Assembly (NCBI RefSeq): GCF_037042905.1
Contig: NC_087251.1
Location: forward strand, 31,126,001-31,190,000
Direction: 5' to 3'
DNA from: Lytechinus pictus
Taxonomy: Eukaryota
DNA length: 64,000 nt
The notes beneath the pieces are model-generated. The model ran no database searches. It was not told the DNA's origin and saw only the letters and a list, made by a program, of their open reading frames with translations. Shown in pieces: positions 50,037-61,122 of the stretch. Positions within the stretch are counted from its first letter, which is position 1; each line of letters opens with the position of its first letter. The position numbers and the translations under genes are program-made.

Positions 50037-51164
50037 CCTACAACATTTTAAAGTTTCGCTTAATTTCACAAACCAGTTATATTCACATCCTTGTCGGTAT
50101 GCAAATGAGGAGACTAATAACATCACTCACTCACTACTTCATTTTGTATATTAGTATATGAAATATTCAATTTTTCTCCGTTGTCGTGTGAAACAACGAT
50201 TAATTCCTCCCTGAACACGAGCAATTAGCATTGTTTAATACTAAATGGTTCAATCAAGTTGGTCCATATTGTAAAATCTGTAAAAAATGAAATATTGTAT
50301 AATTCTAACAATAAAAAACAAAGGAACTAGTGAGTGAGGGACATCATCGACTGTCGCATTTGCATGTCACTGAGTTGTGCATATCACTGTTTTTTGAAAA
50401 ATAAGCAAATTTTTTTTTTTTTAATGTCATAATTTTTTTTTTTACATCCGATTTTGATGAAATTTTCAGCATAATGCTTGTTTGATTTTTCTCTATTTAT
50501 TCAAATCAACATTTTTTTTTGGGGGGGTGGACTTGTCCCTTAAGAAATGAATGCGAGCGCGAAGCGCTAGCTGAAAATTTTTTAAATGATGAAATGAAAA
50601 GGACATTTTCAGTTGTTGGATTAGAATATAAAATATTTTCAGCTTGTGCTTCTCGTTCGCATAAAAAACCTGTGAGGTCGGGATGCGTATATAACTAAAC
50701 AGTGATGCGAGCGCGAAGCGCGAGCTCAATTCTTTTATATACTGACTTAAGAAGGACTCTTTCAAGGTATAATTCCTATTCTAAAAGTTTTTCCTTTTTC
50801 TCTTCGTATTTTTTTTCTTTTTCTTTCCTTTTTTTGCACCACCATGGGGGGGGGGGGGCAAAAACTTTGCCCCCTGGATCGGCCTATGTATATTGACTTG
50901 AAAAACACTAACATTTTAAGGACATATGTACGTGTGATCGATGGAGAGGATACACACCTCACTAATCAAATATTGCGAGCGCGTAGCGCCAGCTGAATTT
51001 GATATTAACCCCTTTTCTGACCCTGAACGGGATACCTATCTCGCCAAACAAACTTCAAACTCGAGCACATTGATTTTTGTCTATTATCGTAAAAACGGGA
51101 TATTTTAAATCAGCCGCATTAATGTAACCTTATTGGGCAGGAAATAAATTTCACTATAAACAGG

Positions 51165-52518
51165 CAATACGAGCAATGTTGCGCCCCCGGTCGAACATGA
51201 ATTTGCATGGAGCCCCCTAAGTTCAACGTCAATTTGGCGCCCTCGGTTGAACATGAATTTGGCGCCATGTGAAATATCACTTTGCCCTCCCCCTTCTGAA
51301 ACATGTATTTGTCGCCCTATGGTCAAACATCAAATTAGCGCTCCCCTAGTTCGAACATCAATTTGGCGCCCCGCTAGTTTGAACATCAATTCGGCGCTCC
51401 CCTAGTTCGAACATCAATTTGGCGCCCCTCCCAGTTCAAACATCAATTTGGCGCACCCATCTAGTTCGAAAATTAATTTGCCCCCTCCCCCTTGTTCAAA
51501 CATCAATTCGGAGCCCCATAGTTCGAACATTCAATCGGCGCTCCCCGATGTCGAACATAAATTTTGCGCCCCTACGTCGAACATCAATTCGGCGCAACCC
51601 CCCTCCCCCTACGTCGAACATCTATTTGGCCTCCCTAGGTCGAACATCAATTTGGTGCCCCCAGTTGGAACATCAAATTGGCGCCCCTAGTTCGAATATC
51701 AATTCGGCGCCCCCTAGTTCAAACACCAATGTGGTGCCCCTAGTTCGAACATCATTTTGGCATCCCTTCGAACTCAATTTGGCTTCCCTAGTTCGAATAT
51801 CATTACGCCCCCCTAGCTCGAGTATCAATTTGGCGCCCCCTAGTTCGAACATCGATTCGGCGCCCCCCTAGTTTGAGTATCAGTTTGGCGCCCCCTAGCT
51901 CGAACATCGATTCGCCCCCCCCCCCTAGTTCGAGTATCAATTTGGCGCCCCCATTTCGAACATCATTTTAACATCCCTTCGGACATCATTTTGGCGCCCT
52001 CCTAGATCGAATATCAATTCGGCGCCCCTACATGTAGGTCCAACACCAACATCGCCCCCTAGTTCCAACAACAATTCTGAGGCCCCTAGTTCGAGTATCA
52101 ATTTGGCGCCCCCCTAGTTCGAACATCGATTCGGCCCCCTCCCCCCCCCCCCACCTAGTTCGAGTATAAATCTGGCGCCCCCAGTTCGAACATCACTTTA
52201 ACATCCCTTCGAACATAATTTCGGCGCCCTCCTAGTTTGAATATCAATTCGGTGCCCCTACATGTAGGTCCAACATCAATTTGGCGCCCCTAGTTCGAAT
52301 ATCATTTCGGCCCCCCCTAGCTCAAGTATCAATTTGGCGCCCCCTAGTTCCAACATCAATTTGGCGCCCCCTAGTTCGAACATCAATTTGGCGCCTCAAC
52401 GTCGAACATCAATTCGCCCCTCCCCCCCCCCGTTCGAACATCAATTCGGCCCCCATTTCGAACATCATTTTGACATTCATTCGAACATCATTTCGGCGCC
52501 CTTTTGGTTCGAACATCA
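51165..52518. repeat. Minisatellite, ~27-32-bp unit CCCCTAGTTCGAACATCAATTTGGCG, roughly 40-45 copies
   Basis: Direct reading; a ~230-bp higher-order repeat is visible between about 51920 and 52330. Confidence 0.92.
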
Positions 52519-53267
52519 TTTTCTTTCCTCCTCTTCCTCTTTTTTTCTTCTCGTCCTTTCCCCTCTTCCTCTCCCCTTTTCTTCTTTTCTTTCCCCCGTT
52601 CTCTCTCTTTTTTCTTCTCTTCTTTCTTCCCTCTGCCTCCTTTTCCTTTTCCCCTCTTCCTCTCTCTCCCCCCCCCCTCTTCTTCCCCTCTTCCTCTTTT
52701 TTCTCCCCCTCCCCCTCCCTTTTCTTCTCTTCCTTCCCCCTCTTCCTCTTTTTTTCTCTTTCTTTCCCCTCTCCTTTTTTTTCTTTTCTTTCCCCTCTTC
52801 TTTTTTCTTCTTTTTTTCCCCTCTTTTTTCTCTCTCTTCTTTCCTCACTCTTCCTCTCTCTCCTTTTCTTTCCCCTCTTCTTCTTTTTTCTTCCCCCTCT
52901 CCCCCTCCCTTTTCTTCTTTTCCTTTCCCCTTTTCTTCTTTTCTTCCCCCCTTCTCTCTCTTTTTTCCTCTTCTTTCTTCCCTCTTCCTCTCTCTCCTTT
53001 TTTTCCTTTTCCTTTTCCCCTCTTCCTCTCTCTTTTCCCCTCTTCTTTTCCCCTTTCTCTCTCTTCTCTTCTTTCCTCCTTCTTCCTCTCTCTTTTTTTC
53101 TCCTTTTCCTTTCCCCCTCTCCCTCTCTCCTTTCCTCTTTTCTTTCCCCCCTTTTCCTCTCTCTTTTTTCTTCCCTTCTTCCCCCTCTCCCTTTCTTCTT
53201 TTTCTTCTTTTCTTTCCCCTCTTCCCCTCTTTTTTCTCTTTCTTTCCCTCTCTTCTTTTTTTTTTTT
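52519..53267. repeat. Near-pure polypyrimidine/polypurine tract, about 750 bp
   Basis: Only about four purines seen on the + strand; explains the long F/S/L/P and K/R/E/G ORFs. Confidence 0.95.
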
Positions 53268-53939
53268 AGCCGAAGGGGGGGTGCCAAGGCCCCCTCGGCC
53301 CCCCCCCCCCATGGATCCGCGCCTGTGTACTTACGGTGAAAGTTTGATGTATTTTTTTAATAATATGATTGAATTTACGTGTTCAGTAATATGATACACT
53401 TCGTAATATAATTTCAGCTCACACCACGCGCTAGCATTATTTCCATATCAGATACGCATGCATCTTGCTCATGATTTCAAAAGTGCTTGGTGTGTTTATT
53501 TTTTAGTCTAATTACATGATAAATATTTTTTTTAATCTCGCGCTTCGCGGTCGCATTTTGTATACATGCCTAAGTTTAAGATACCCTTTCTTGTTTATTA
53601 AAATGAAGGTGAAATATACTTTTACTCCTCCCCTCCCCCATTCATCAAACAGTTTTTAACTTTAGATCTTCGAGCGGCCGATGGGGGAAAGGGATTCATT
53701 TTTCCGCCCGCCCCCCCCCCCTCCTCCCTCCCATCAGTGGCGGATCGTGACCCGGAGGAGACAAAGCATTGGAGGGGCACAGCATTGTTCACAAATAATT
53801 AAGTGCCCCTCAAATCATCGTCTCCTCCGGGTCACAGTCCGCCCCTCCCAATGTCAAAAAGCTGGTCCCTGGGAATGGAATTTTATTGAATATACATTAA
53901 TTGACAAAGGCCGGATGCAATGTCCACCCAGATAATAGA

Positions 53940-54189
53940 TGCACTGAGGCGAAAAAGACGAACACACAATGGCGGATGTTGAATAGCTGACAGGTGAATG
54001 TCTTTTGCCGGCAAGAATGCAACGGCGTAAATGCTAGAGTTCAAAGAAATGATGTCCTCAAGGCTAAATTCAAACAGTGTATTAACAGGACAACAAACAC
54101 TGATTTTCTTTTACTGATATTACTGCGAATGAGAGAAAATGATGGGAACATCTTCAAGTGATTTGTAACATTAGTTTGGTGATAACAAG
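53940..54189 (+). ncRNA. Candidate non-coding first exon of a downstream transcript
   Basis: GC boxes at about 53704 and 53839, AATGGCGG (YY1-like) at about 53968 and a consensus AAG|GTAAGT donor at 54189/54190; only short ORFs. Confidence 0.35.
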
Positions 54190-54490
54190 GTAAGTGAAAT
54201 GAAATGAATAATGTTCCAACAAGTGAAACCTCTTAAAATGGCTCGAAAAGGGTGTATGCCAACCGTTGCGGACGCCTAACCCGAATAAAATATTGGTGTT
54301 TGAAAAGTGCAAATGTGTTGTTTTAGAATCATTTACTATTTGCAGCTTTTTTTAAAGAAAGGTCATATGTTTCCTCAATTCATGCGTGTGCGCGTGTGTG
54401 CGTTGTAAACGAGTAAAATATAATTAATTTTAAATTGTGACAAACGTAAAGTCGCCCACTATTTTATTGCTTGGTTGTTGTTGTTTTTAA

Positions 54491-55063
54491 AGGTCAAGTC
54501 CACCACAGAAAAATGGTGACTTGAATAAACAAAGAAAAATCAAACTAGCATAACGCCAAAAATTTCATCGAAATCGGATGAAGAATAAGAAAGTTATGAA
54601 ATTTTAAAGTTTCGCTTATTGTTCACAAAACAGTGACATGCAAATAAGACAGTCGGTGATGTTTTCCTTCACTCACTATTTCTTTCAATTATTTTATACA
54701 ATATTTCATTTTTTACAAATTTGACAATAGGGACCAACTTGACTGATCTATATGGTATTAAACAATGCTAATCCCACATGTTCAGGGAGAAATTAATCGT
54801 TGATTCACTTGACAATGAGGAGAAAATTAGAATATTTCATATTCCACATAATAAAATATAAAAGAAATAGTGAGTGGATGACGTCATCAGTCCCCTCATA
54901 CCAAACAGGATGTGCATATATTACTGTTTTGTGAAATTAAGCAGAACTTTAAAATGTCATAACTTTCTTATTTTACATCCGAGTTTGATGAAATTTTCAG
55001 TGTTATGCTTGTTGGATTTTTCTTTTTATTCAAATTAACTTTTTGTTGGGGTAGACTTGACCT
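54491..55063. mobile_element. Full-length TTAA-type MITE (Kolobok-like)
   Basis: AGGTCAAGTCCACC / GGTAGACTTGACCT; left flank TTAA, right flank TCAA. Confidence 0.78.
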
Positions 55064-58000
55064 TCAAGAGGACCCTTTGGGACAGAAACAGTTTTCACAA
55101 CATTCGGACGTCAACTGCCCGTTTGTGAAAACACATAGGATGTGATTGAAGTTAAAATTCTTTTTTTTTTGCATGTAGGCCTATATAGGCCTACTAGTGT
55201 TCTTAAGGACAAATCAAGTGATGAATAGATCCTATATGCGTAAAAATGCCGAATAAGGAAAAAACATATTGGAAAGGATTGTGTCTTTTTTTTATTTTTC
55301 AGTTCTTAAACAATCTCAATATAGTAATCAATTATGATTGGTAAAACAATGTATAATGAATGCTAATATGATGCATGGGCTCAACATTGTGATAACATTT
55401 CGCTCATAATGTCAGATATGGCGAATTTCAAGAAATAAATGTATAGTGTATTTCAGTTTTGTTTTCATTCTTTCTATTCCAGGTTGCTCTGACAGTAGTT
55501 GCCAATTAATAGCTTGCAAATTCAGATACTGCAAAGGCAGCCTTTAAAATGTCTTGATTGTAAAAGAACCCATAATGTATAAACTTTCAAAAACCCTCCA
55601 ATAACCAAACAAATAACTTTCCATTTATTGTCAATACGAAGGGGAGGGATATTATATGATAAAGTATATAGATAAGGATTGGAGGAGGGGCCTTGGGGGC
55701 TAAAGTCGACCCCCAAATCGCTCAAATGACAACCCCCCCCCCATTCTTGACCACAAAGAATAGCCCTATACTAGTATATATTTATCAGTGTTGTGGTGCC
55801 TTATAGTGCAAGACCTTCAATGCCTTGGTCTTTGATTTGCATGCCTTAGCCCTGATCAAACACTAGCCTTAATGATTTTAAACCCTGTAAACCCAATGCA
55901 TTTTGAAGGCAAAACTGTTTTGTTGCCTTTATTATATCTAATATTTGAATCTTCACCATGATACTGCTACTCTATCGAGCATAATCTTGACTATACGCAT
56001 TATGTTAATAGCTTTTATCAAGATGTACGAAACAAAACAGGAAATTGAGATAAACGAAATGAAAATGAAAAAAAAATACAAGGTAACTATATATAGCAAT
56101 AAAAACAATATACTTATTTACAGTGGCAAGTATAGTACGAGTAAATACTGAAGTAGTAATAGTATATCTTAAGTAGATGTAGAAGTAGTATGGGCCACCG
56201 CTGTTTCCAACACTAATACCGTTCCAAGTTCTCTTACTATAATACAAAATATATTATGCTGAGGATTGGCTTTCAACAAAATAGTAGAGGAAGCATGATT
56301 CTTATCCCACACTGTTTAGTTTCGCTTTAAAGATATAACAAAACAAAATATGAAATTTATGGAGACCTTCCACCTATCTCCACCACGGTAATTAAACGAA
56401 GTACGAGATTTGCTGGTCACTGTTTCCGTAGTGAGAAGGAATTTATTTTTGATGTACTTTTGTTGCACCTCCCTCATAAAACGAGAGGACGGAGACCTTT
56501 AAATTTTGTTGATTGCATATGAAGGGATACTAATAATTTGTTACATGATTTACCAACTCTCTTGTCAGATCGCGAATCCTGGCGTACCATTGTTGATTCA
56601 TTCTCGGATGCGTCCGTTTTGTAGTGTGTAAAAATATAAACTTGCCTCGAGACTTCTGTTTTCGGTCTCTATTATATTAAATTTTGCATTGCTCTGTAAT
56701 TAAAAATTGTTCTCTTGCTCAGAAGATAAACTAAATGAAGAGAAAGACAGTACTGGGTTTATGCCATTTCATGTCATTTCGAGGTTTAAAGCAACCCCAA
56801 AAGGTAATCTATTTATGTATGACCAGTGCACCATTACCTTGCTGAAAGTGCTCTATTTTCTTTTGTTTAGTGCACATTTTATGTTCTTTCTACGATGAAC
56901 AAAAATAAAAGGAAGAAAACAAAAATGAAGGAGATGAGAAGAGAAGTGAAAGGTGTGAATAAAACGAGGGAGGGGGATAAATTGGATAGTAAAAAAAATC
57001 AGTTCATTATAGACAGTGCTGCTCAAAAGATAGTAAACCCCATGAAAAATGAATATAATTATTTAAAGTGTTCAAGTTTTGCCATGTTTTAGATATTTCA
57101 TTGTGAATTCAGGTGATAAAATATTACATTCAATGAAGTTTGTTTTTCTGGACTCACCGAAAAGATGGGGGCTTGGCGCTTGCCCCAAAAATTCTTAACG
57201 ACCAAGAAAAAACGAGAAAAGGAAAGAGAGAGGGGTAAAAAAAAATCATTTTGTAATATTATGTCAAAATCTATCACAAAATTTGAATTTGGTGTAAAAA
57301 TGTAAATTTTGCCAGATACGCGAAATCTCGCCCTCTCAAAATTTTTGATGGGGCGAATTTCGCTCTCATTGTCTTGAGTGACATATTAATCTGCTCAAAA
57401 TGATATGTCCCCTTTTCATTCACATTAACTGTTTGATTACAAAAGGTGCTTACAATATCCCGTTTTTTAGGTCTAAATCGCGAAGAATATTCAGCTCGCA
57501 TCATTTATAGTGGCATCCACAAAGTTGATAAGTGCTAACTTCCCTTTTGATCAGTATATAAAAAATCAACCTCTACTTTACGCTCACATTAATTGTTTAT
57601 TTAGATGCACAAATTGTTCTAAAATGAGAAAAAAATAATGTGCGGTTTTCAGATAAGAATATAAAAAATTTCGAGCTTGCGCTTCGCGCTTGCACAATAT
57701 GATTTGGGAGATAATGTATCCTCCACATGAGTCACTGCAAACAGTCGTTAAATGTCATTTACCAGGTCAGTAGACCTTTTTAATGATTCACCCGGGGATT
57801 CAGCCTACATTTTCATTGGTATTGATTTAGCTTCCAAGAAAGTATTTACCATTCGTTTTTAAAGTCGTTTCTAAATTACGAACAGGTTTATATAACACCT
57901 ATATCGACCTTTTTTTTGTACAGGGATATGATGTTTGGCAAGTTCAAAATGATTATTTTATGTATACATAAATCTTCAAAACACATTTCGATATTTTGAG

Positions 58001-58759
58001 ATGAAATTAAAAATACCAATATACCAATTATGAGTCAATATGAGACGTATTCCGCACTGTGCGGCAATAGAAATCGGTTAACAGGAGTCTTATGCAGACA
58101 GGGCAAATAAGAAAAAAGTTACAACTTCGTTGACTTTGCAATTATTGCTACTACCAAATGAAACCTTGACTGTGATTAGCTGTTAACCCCTGTCACCATG
58201 GTAGTTGCCACTCTGAATAAAATTCCATATTCGCAACTCTTTATAAAAACAGGCTATCGGTCTGTTATCATGTGGAAACTTGAGAGAAAAGGTACATGTA
58301 CTGTTTCACTTATTTCCTTTCCCTTTTTATTTTCTCCATCAGCGCAAGAATTAACCTGGTGCTGACCAAGATGTTCTACCCTATGGAATACCACCACATA
58401 TTGCATGAGGAATGGAGCACTGAGGATTTCATCAGGTGGTGATGACGGGTCAGGTGGATAGGAGAATGTTGCTTGGAAGGCATCCACATGTGGGAATATC
58501 TTTTGATGAGATGAGGTCTGACGTCATTATTGAAAGGCCAATCCGATTTCCCATTTGAAAGGACCCAGTTATACCAGGAGGAAGAATAGGGTCTGGGCAG
58601 TGGACTTTGGTTGAGGAATATACCAAGCCGATACTATGACTACAAAGTTCACCCGATACAGTCTCATCATGATGAGGGGTGATGCAAAGATCCAGTTGGT
58701 CTTCAAACGGCTCGAGCCTGCATGGGGAACTTTACGTTACGTGAGGGAAACGTTCCTGT

Positions 58760-60285
58760 TAAATGTCAAGTCCGTAATAATGTAAATAAATTTAGAAAAA
58801 TCAAACAAGCACAATACTGAAAATTTAATCAAGGATGAGATATGTGACATTTAAACTTGTGCTTGTTTGTCACAAAAAACCCTATCACAGTAATTGGTTC
58901 ATTGAGAAAGTCGATGCTGTCTTACACTCATTTTCTTATTTTGAAAATATTTTGATGTATGAATTATACTTTATTTCCATTTTTGCAGAATTGAAAATAA
59001 TGAAAATATTAATTTGTTCACAAGAGATTGAAACAATGCAAATTTTACACATTTAGGGAGAAACTATATGCTTCACATTATGCAAAGGAAACATGTGAAA
59101 TTAAGCGGACTTCCAAATATAACTTTCTTATTTTACATTCAATTTGATGAACTTTTGAACAAATCATGCTTGTTTGGTTTTTCTTTTCAATTTTATGTTG
59201 GGGGTAGACATCCTCTTTAAATAACAACGAGGATTTAAAACTTTTAAACAACTGAAATTTTAAACAATCGCTGTTGGAGTGACGGGCTTAAAAATCGTGA
59301 TTACAACTTCAAACAGTGTTTTTACAGTGTATAAACCTTGCCCTTTTTTTTGCCCATGAAATTTCGCATCTGGCCGTTTGTCCTGGTCGGTCGGCCAGGG
59401 CTTCTGGTGCCAACTTTCGGTACCAAAGCTTACATACCAGATAAATTTTGATATTCACTTGTATCTTGCGAAATATGATTCAAGAAATTGTGATTGATCT
59501 AGTTTATTTTATACTTAAAGGTAGTTCACCCTGGCAAAAGATCATTGTAAAAATAGCAGAAAAATATTGGTGAAGGTTTGAGGAAATCTAATATCGTGTA
59601 GTAAAAAAAAATCAGTGAAATGTCAATTTCTCAAAAAATGAAAATAGTTTTCATTGTATCTTCAGTATATTACCAGAAAAAGAAAATAAATTCTAGCCAT
59701 CATGAACAATTAAAAAAAATCTATAAATTTTATATTAACATAACGGGGCAGCTGCTCGTTTATGACATCACAAATCCAAAACTTGACATTCTAATAACTT
59801 TCTTATCCTCAGACCGTCACCAATATTTTTTTCTGGTATTATTACAACAAACCTTTCTTCAGGTCGAACTTTCCCTTTTAAAATGGTACTCCAGGCTGTA
59901 TTCTATTATATTCATTTAAATCTTTAAATCATCAAGAATTAAAAAATTGGACAGATATCTGATTGAATGTGTAAGATAATTATTACTGCAACTTAATTTA
60001 TTACAAGGGGAAATATATGTTTCAAAATATAATATAATTGTGATTTCGTGTAATGACATAAGAAAATAGAACGTGGGGACATTGCGTCATCAGCCCTCAG
60101 TGTTGATATTCATGACGGCGTGCCGTTTCCGCATTTTTTTTTTTTTTTTTTTACTAAACTTTAACATTCAATAACTTCGTTATTTGTTATATTTTAATGA
60201 AACTTTCAGCATTTTGCTCGGTCATTATCTTACTCTATTAACTTTGATGAGAAAAAGATTATTTTCAATTCGGAGTACCAGTTTA
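58760..60285. mobile_element. Cluster of degraded TTAA-type MITEs
   Basis: Three diverged elements at about 58760-59216, 59518-59877 and 59882-60283 share ATAACTTTCTTAT and TGATGAA motifs with the intact copies. Confidence 0.5.
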
Positions 60286-60885
60286 ACAGCTATATGTACA
60301 TGTATTTGCGGTGTAGCCTATACAGCCTAGATCAAGGTGCACTTTGGACATCAAAATATATAGTTTGTTGTATGTAGAATAGTTTTATCTATGCCAACTT
60401 GTTCATCAAAACACAAGAGTTATCACCCTGCAACATTTGTTATAATTATGAGCAGCAACATAACGTGGAGTGGTAGACGTGTTACAGACACAGAACTAGA
60501 AAAGTGGATTTTCTAGTGTCATTTTTCTTTATACATCAACTTCGAACTTATTGGTCGTTTCTGACAATTAAAGCAATTCACATTTATTTTAATCCAAAAT
60601 GTGCATGTCAATCTTCGCATAAATAACCCCCGTAAATGGTGTAACAGCCCCAAAGTGGTATTTTTCAGCCCTACTGAACCATGCTCACCCCTCACTCAGC
60701 CAACTCACGAAACCCAAACAGAAGTTGCTACCGGAAACAAAGCTTTACCACGAAGATTTTTATTATATGGCTTTATTATTTTTTTTTTGCAGGAGTGCTA
60801 TGTAACACTCCTGCATAGTCCTGTTACAAAAGTTGTTCCCTGATCTTGGCTATTAGTATTGATATCAGTATGGATATTTTATATA

Positions 60886-61122
60886 CAGTGGTGCTAAATA
60901 GTTGGTGAATCCCACCAGAAAATGCATTCCTTCATGCTGAGTGTTGAATGCAGACAGCAACAATACAATGTCAGGCAAGTCCAGAGAAACAAACTTTATT
61001 GAATGCAATATTTTATCTCATGACTTCAAGATTAAATATCTAAAAGATGACAGAACTTGAATATTTTGGAATGTGTTCATTTTATCTGGTGGGGTTCACT
61101 ATTGAACTGTTTAGCATCACTG
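60886..61122. mobile_element. Tc1/mariner-type MITE with TA TSD
   Basis: TA-CAGTGGTGCTAAATAGTT...CCCACCAGA / TCTGGTGGG...AACTGTTTAGCATCACTG-TA. Confidence 0.75.

Larger units (their letters stand above)
45311..53325. mobile_element. Putative 8-kb composite non-autonomous DNA transposon (hAT5-like: CAG termini, 5-bp TSD)
   Basis: Perfect 13-bp TIR CAGGCGCGGATCC / GGATCCGCGCCTG with TGTAC on both outer flanks; interior is essentially all repeats. Confidence 0.55.

Noticed and set aside
45560..52518. CRISPR-like appearance of recurring palindromic motifs
   Set aside because: Eukaryotic context, no cas genes, degenerate repeats, and spacers that are variable in length, related to each other or absent.
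52281..53394. Longest ORFs in the track (up to 352 aa; F/S/L/P-rich or K/R/E/G-rich)
   Set aside because: The polypyrimidine tract cannot encode stops, so it is open in several frames on both strands.
58343..58740. Selenoprotein reading of the in-frame TGA codons
   Set aside because: No redox motif, start context or identifiable SECIS; mutational decay is simpler.
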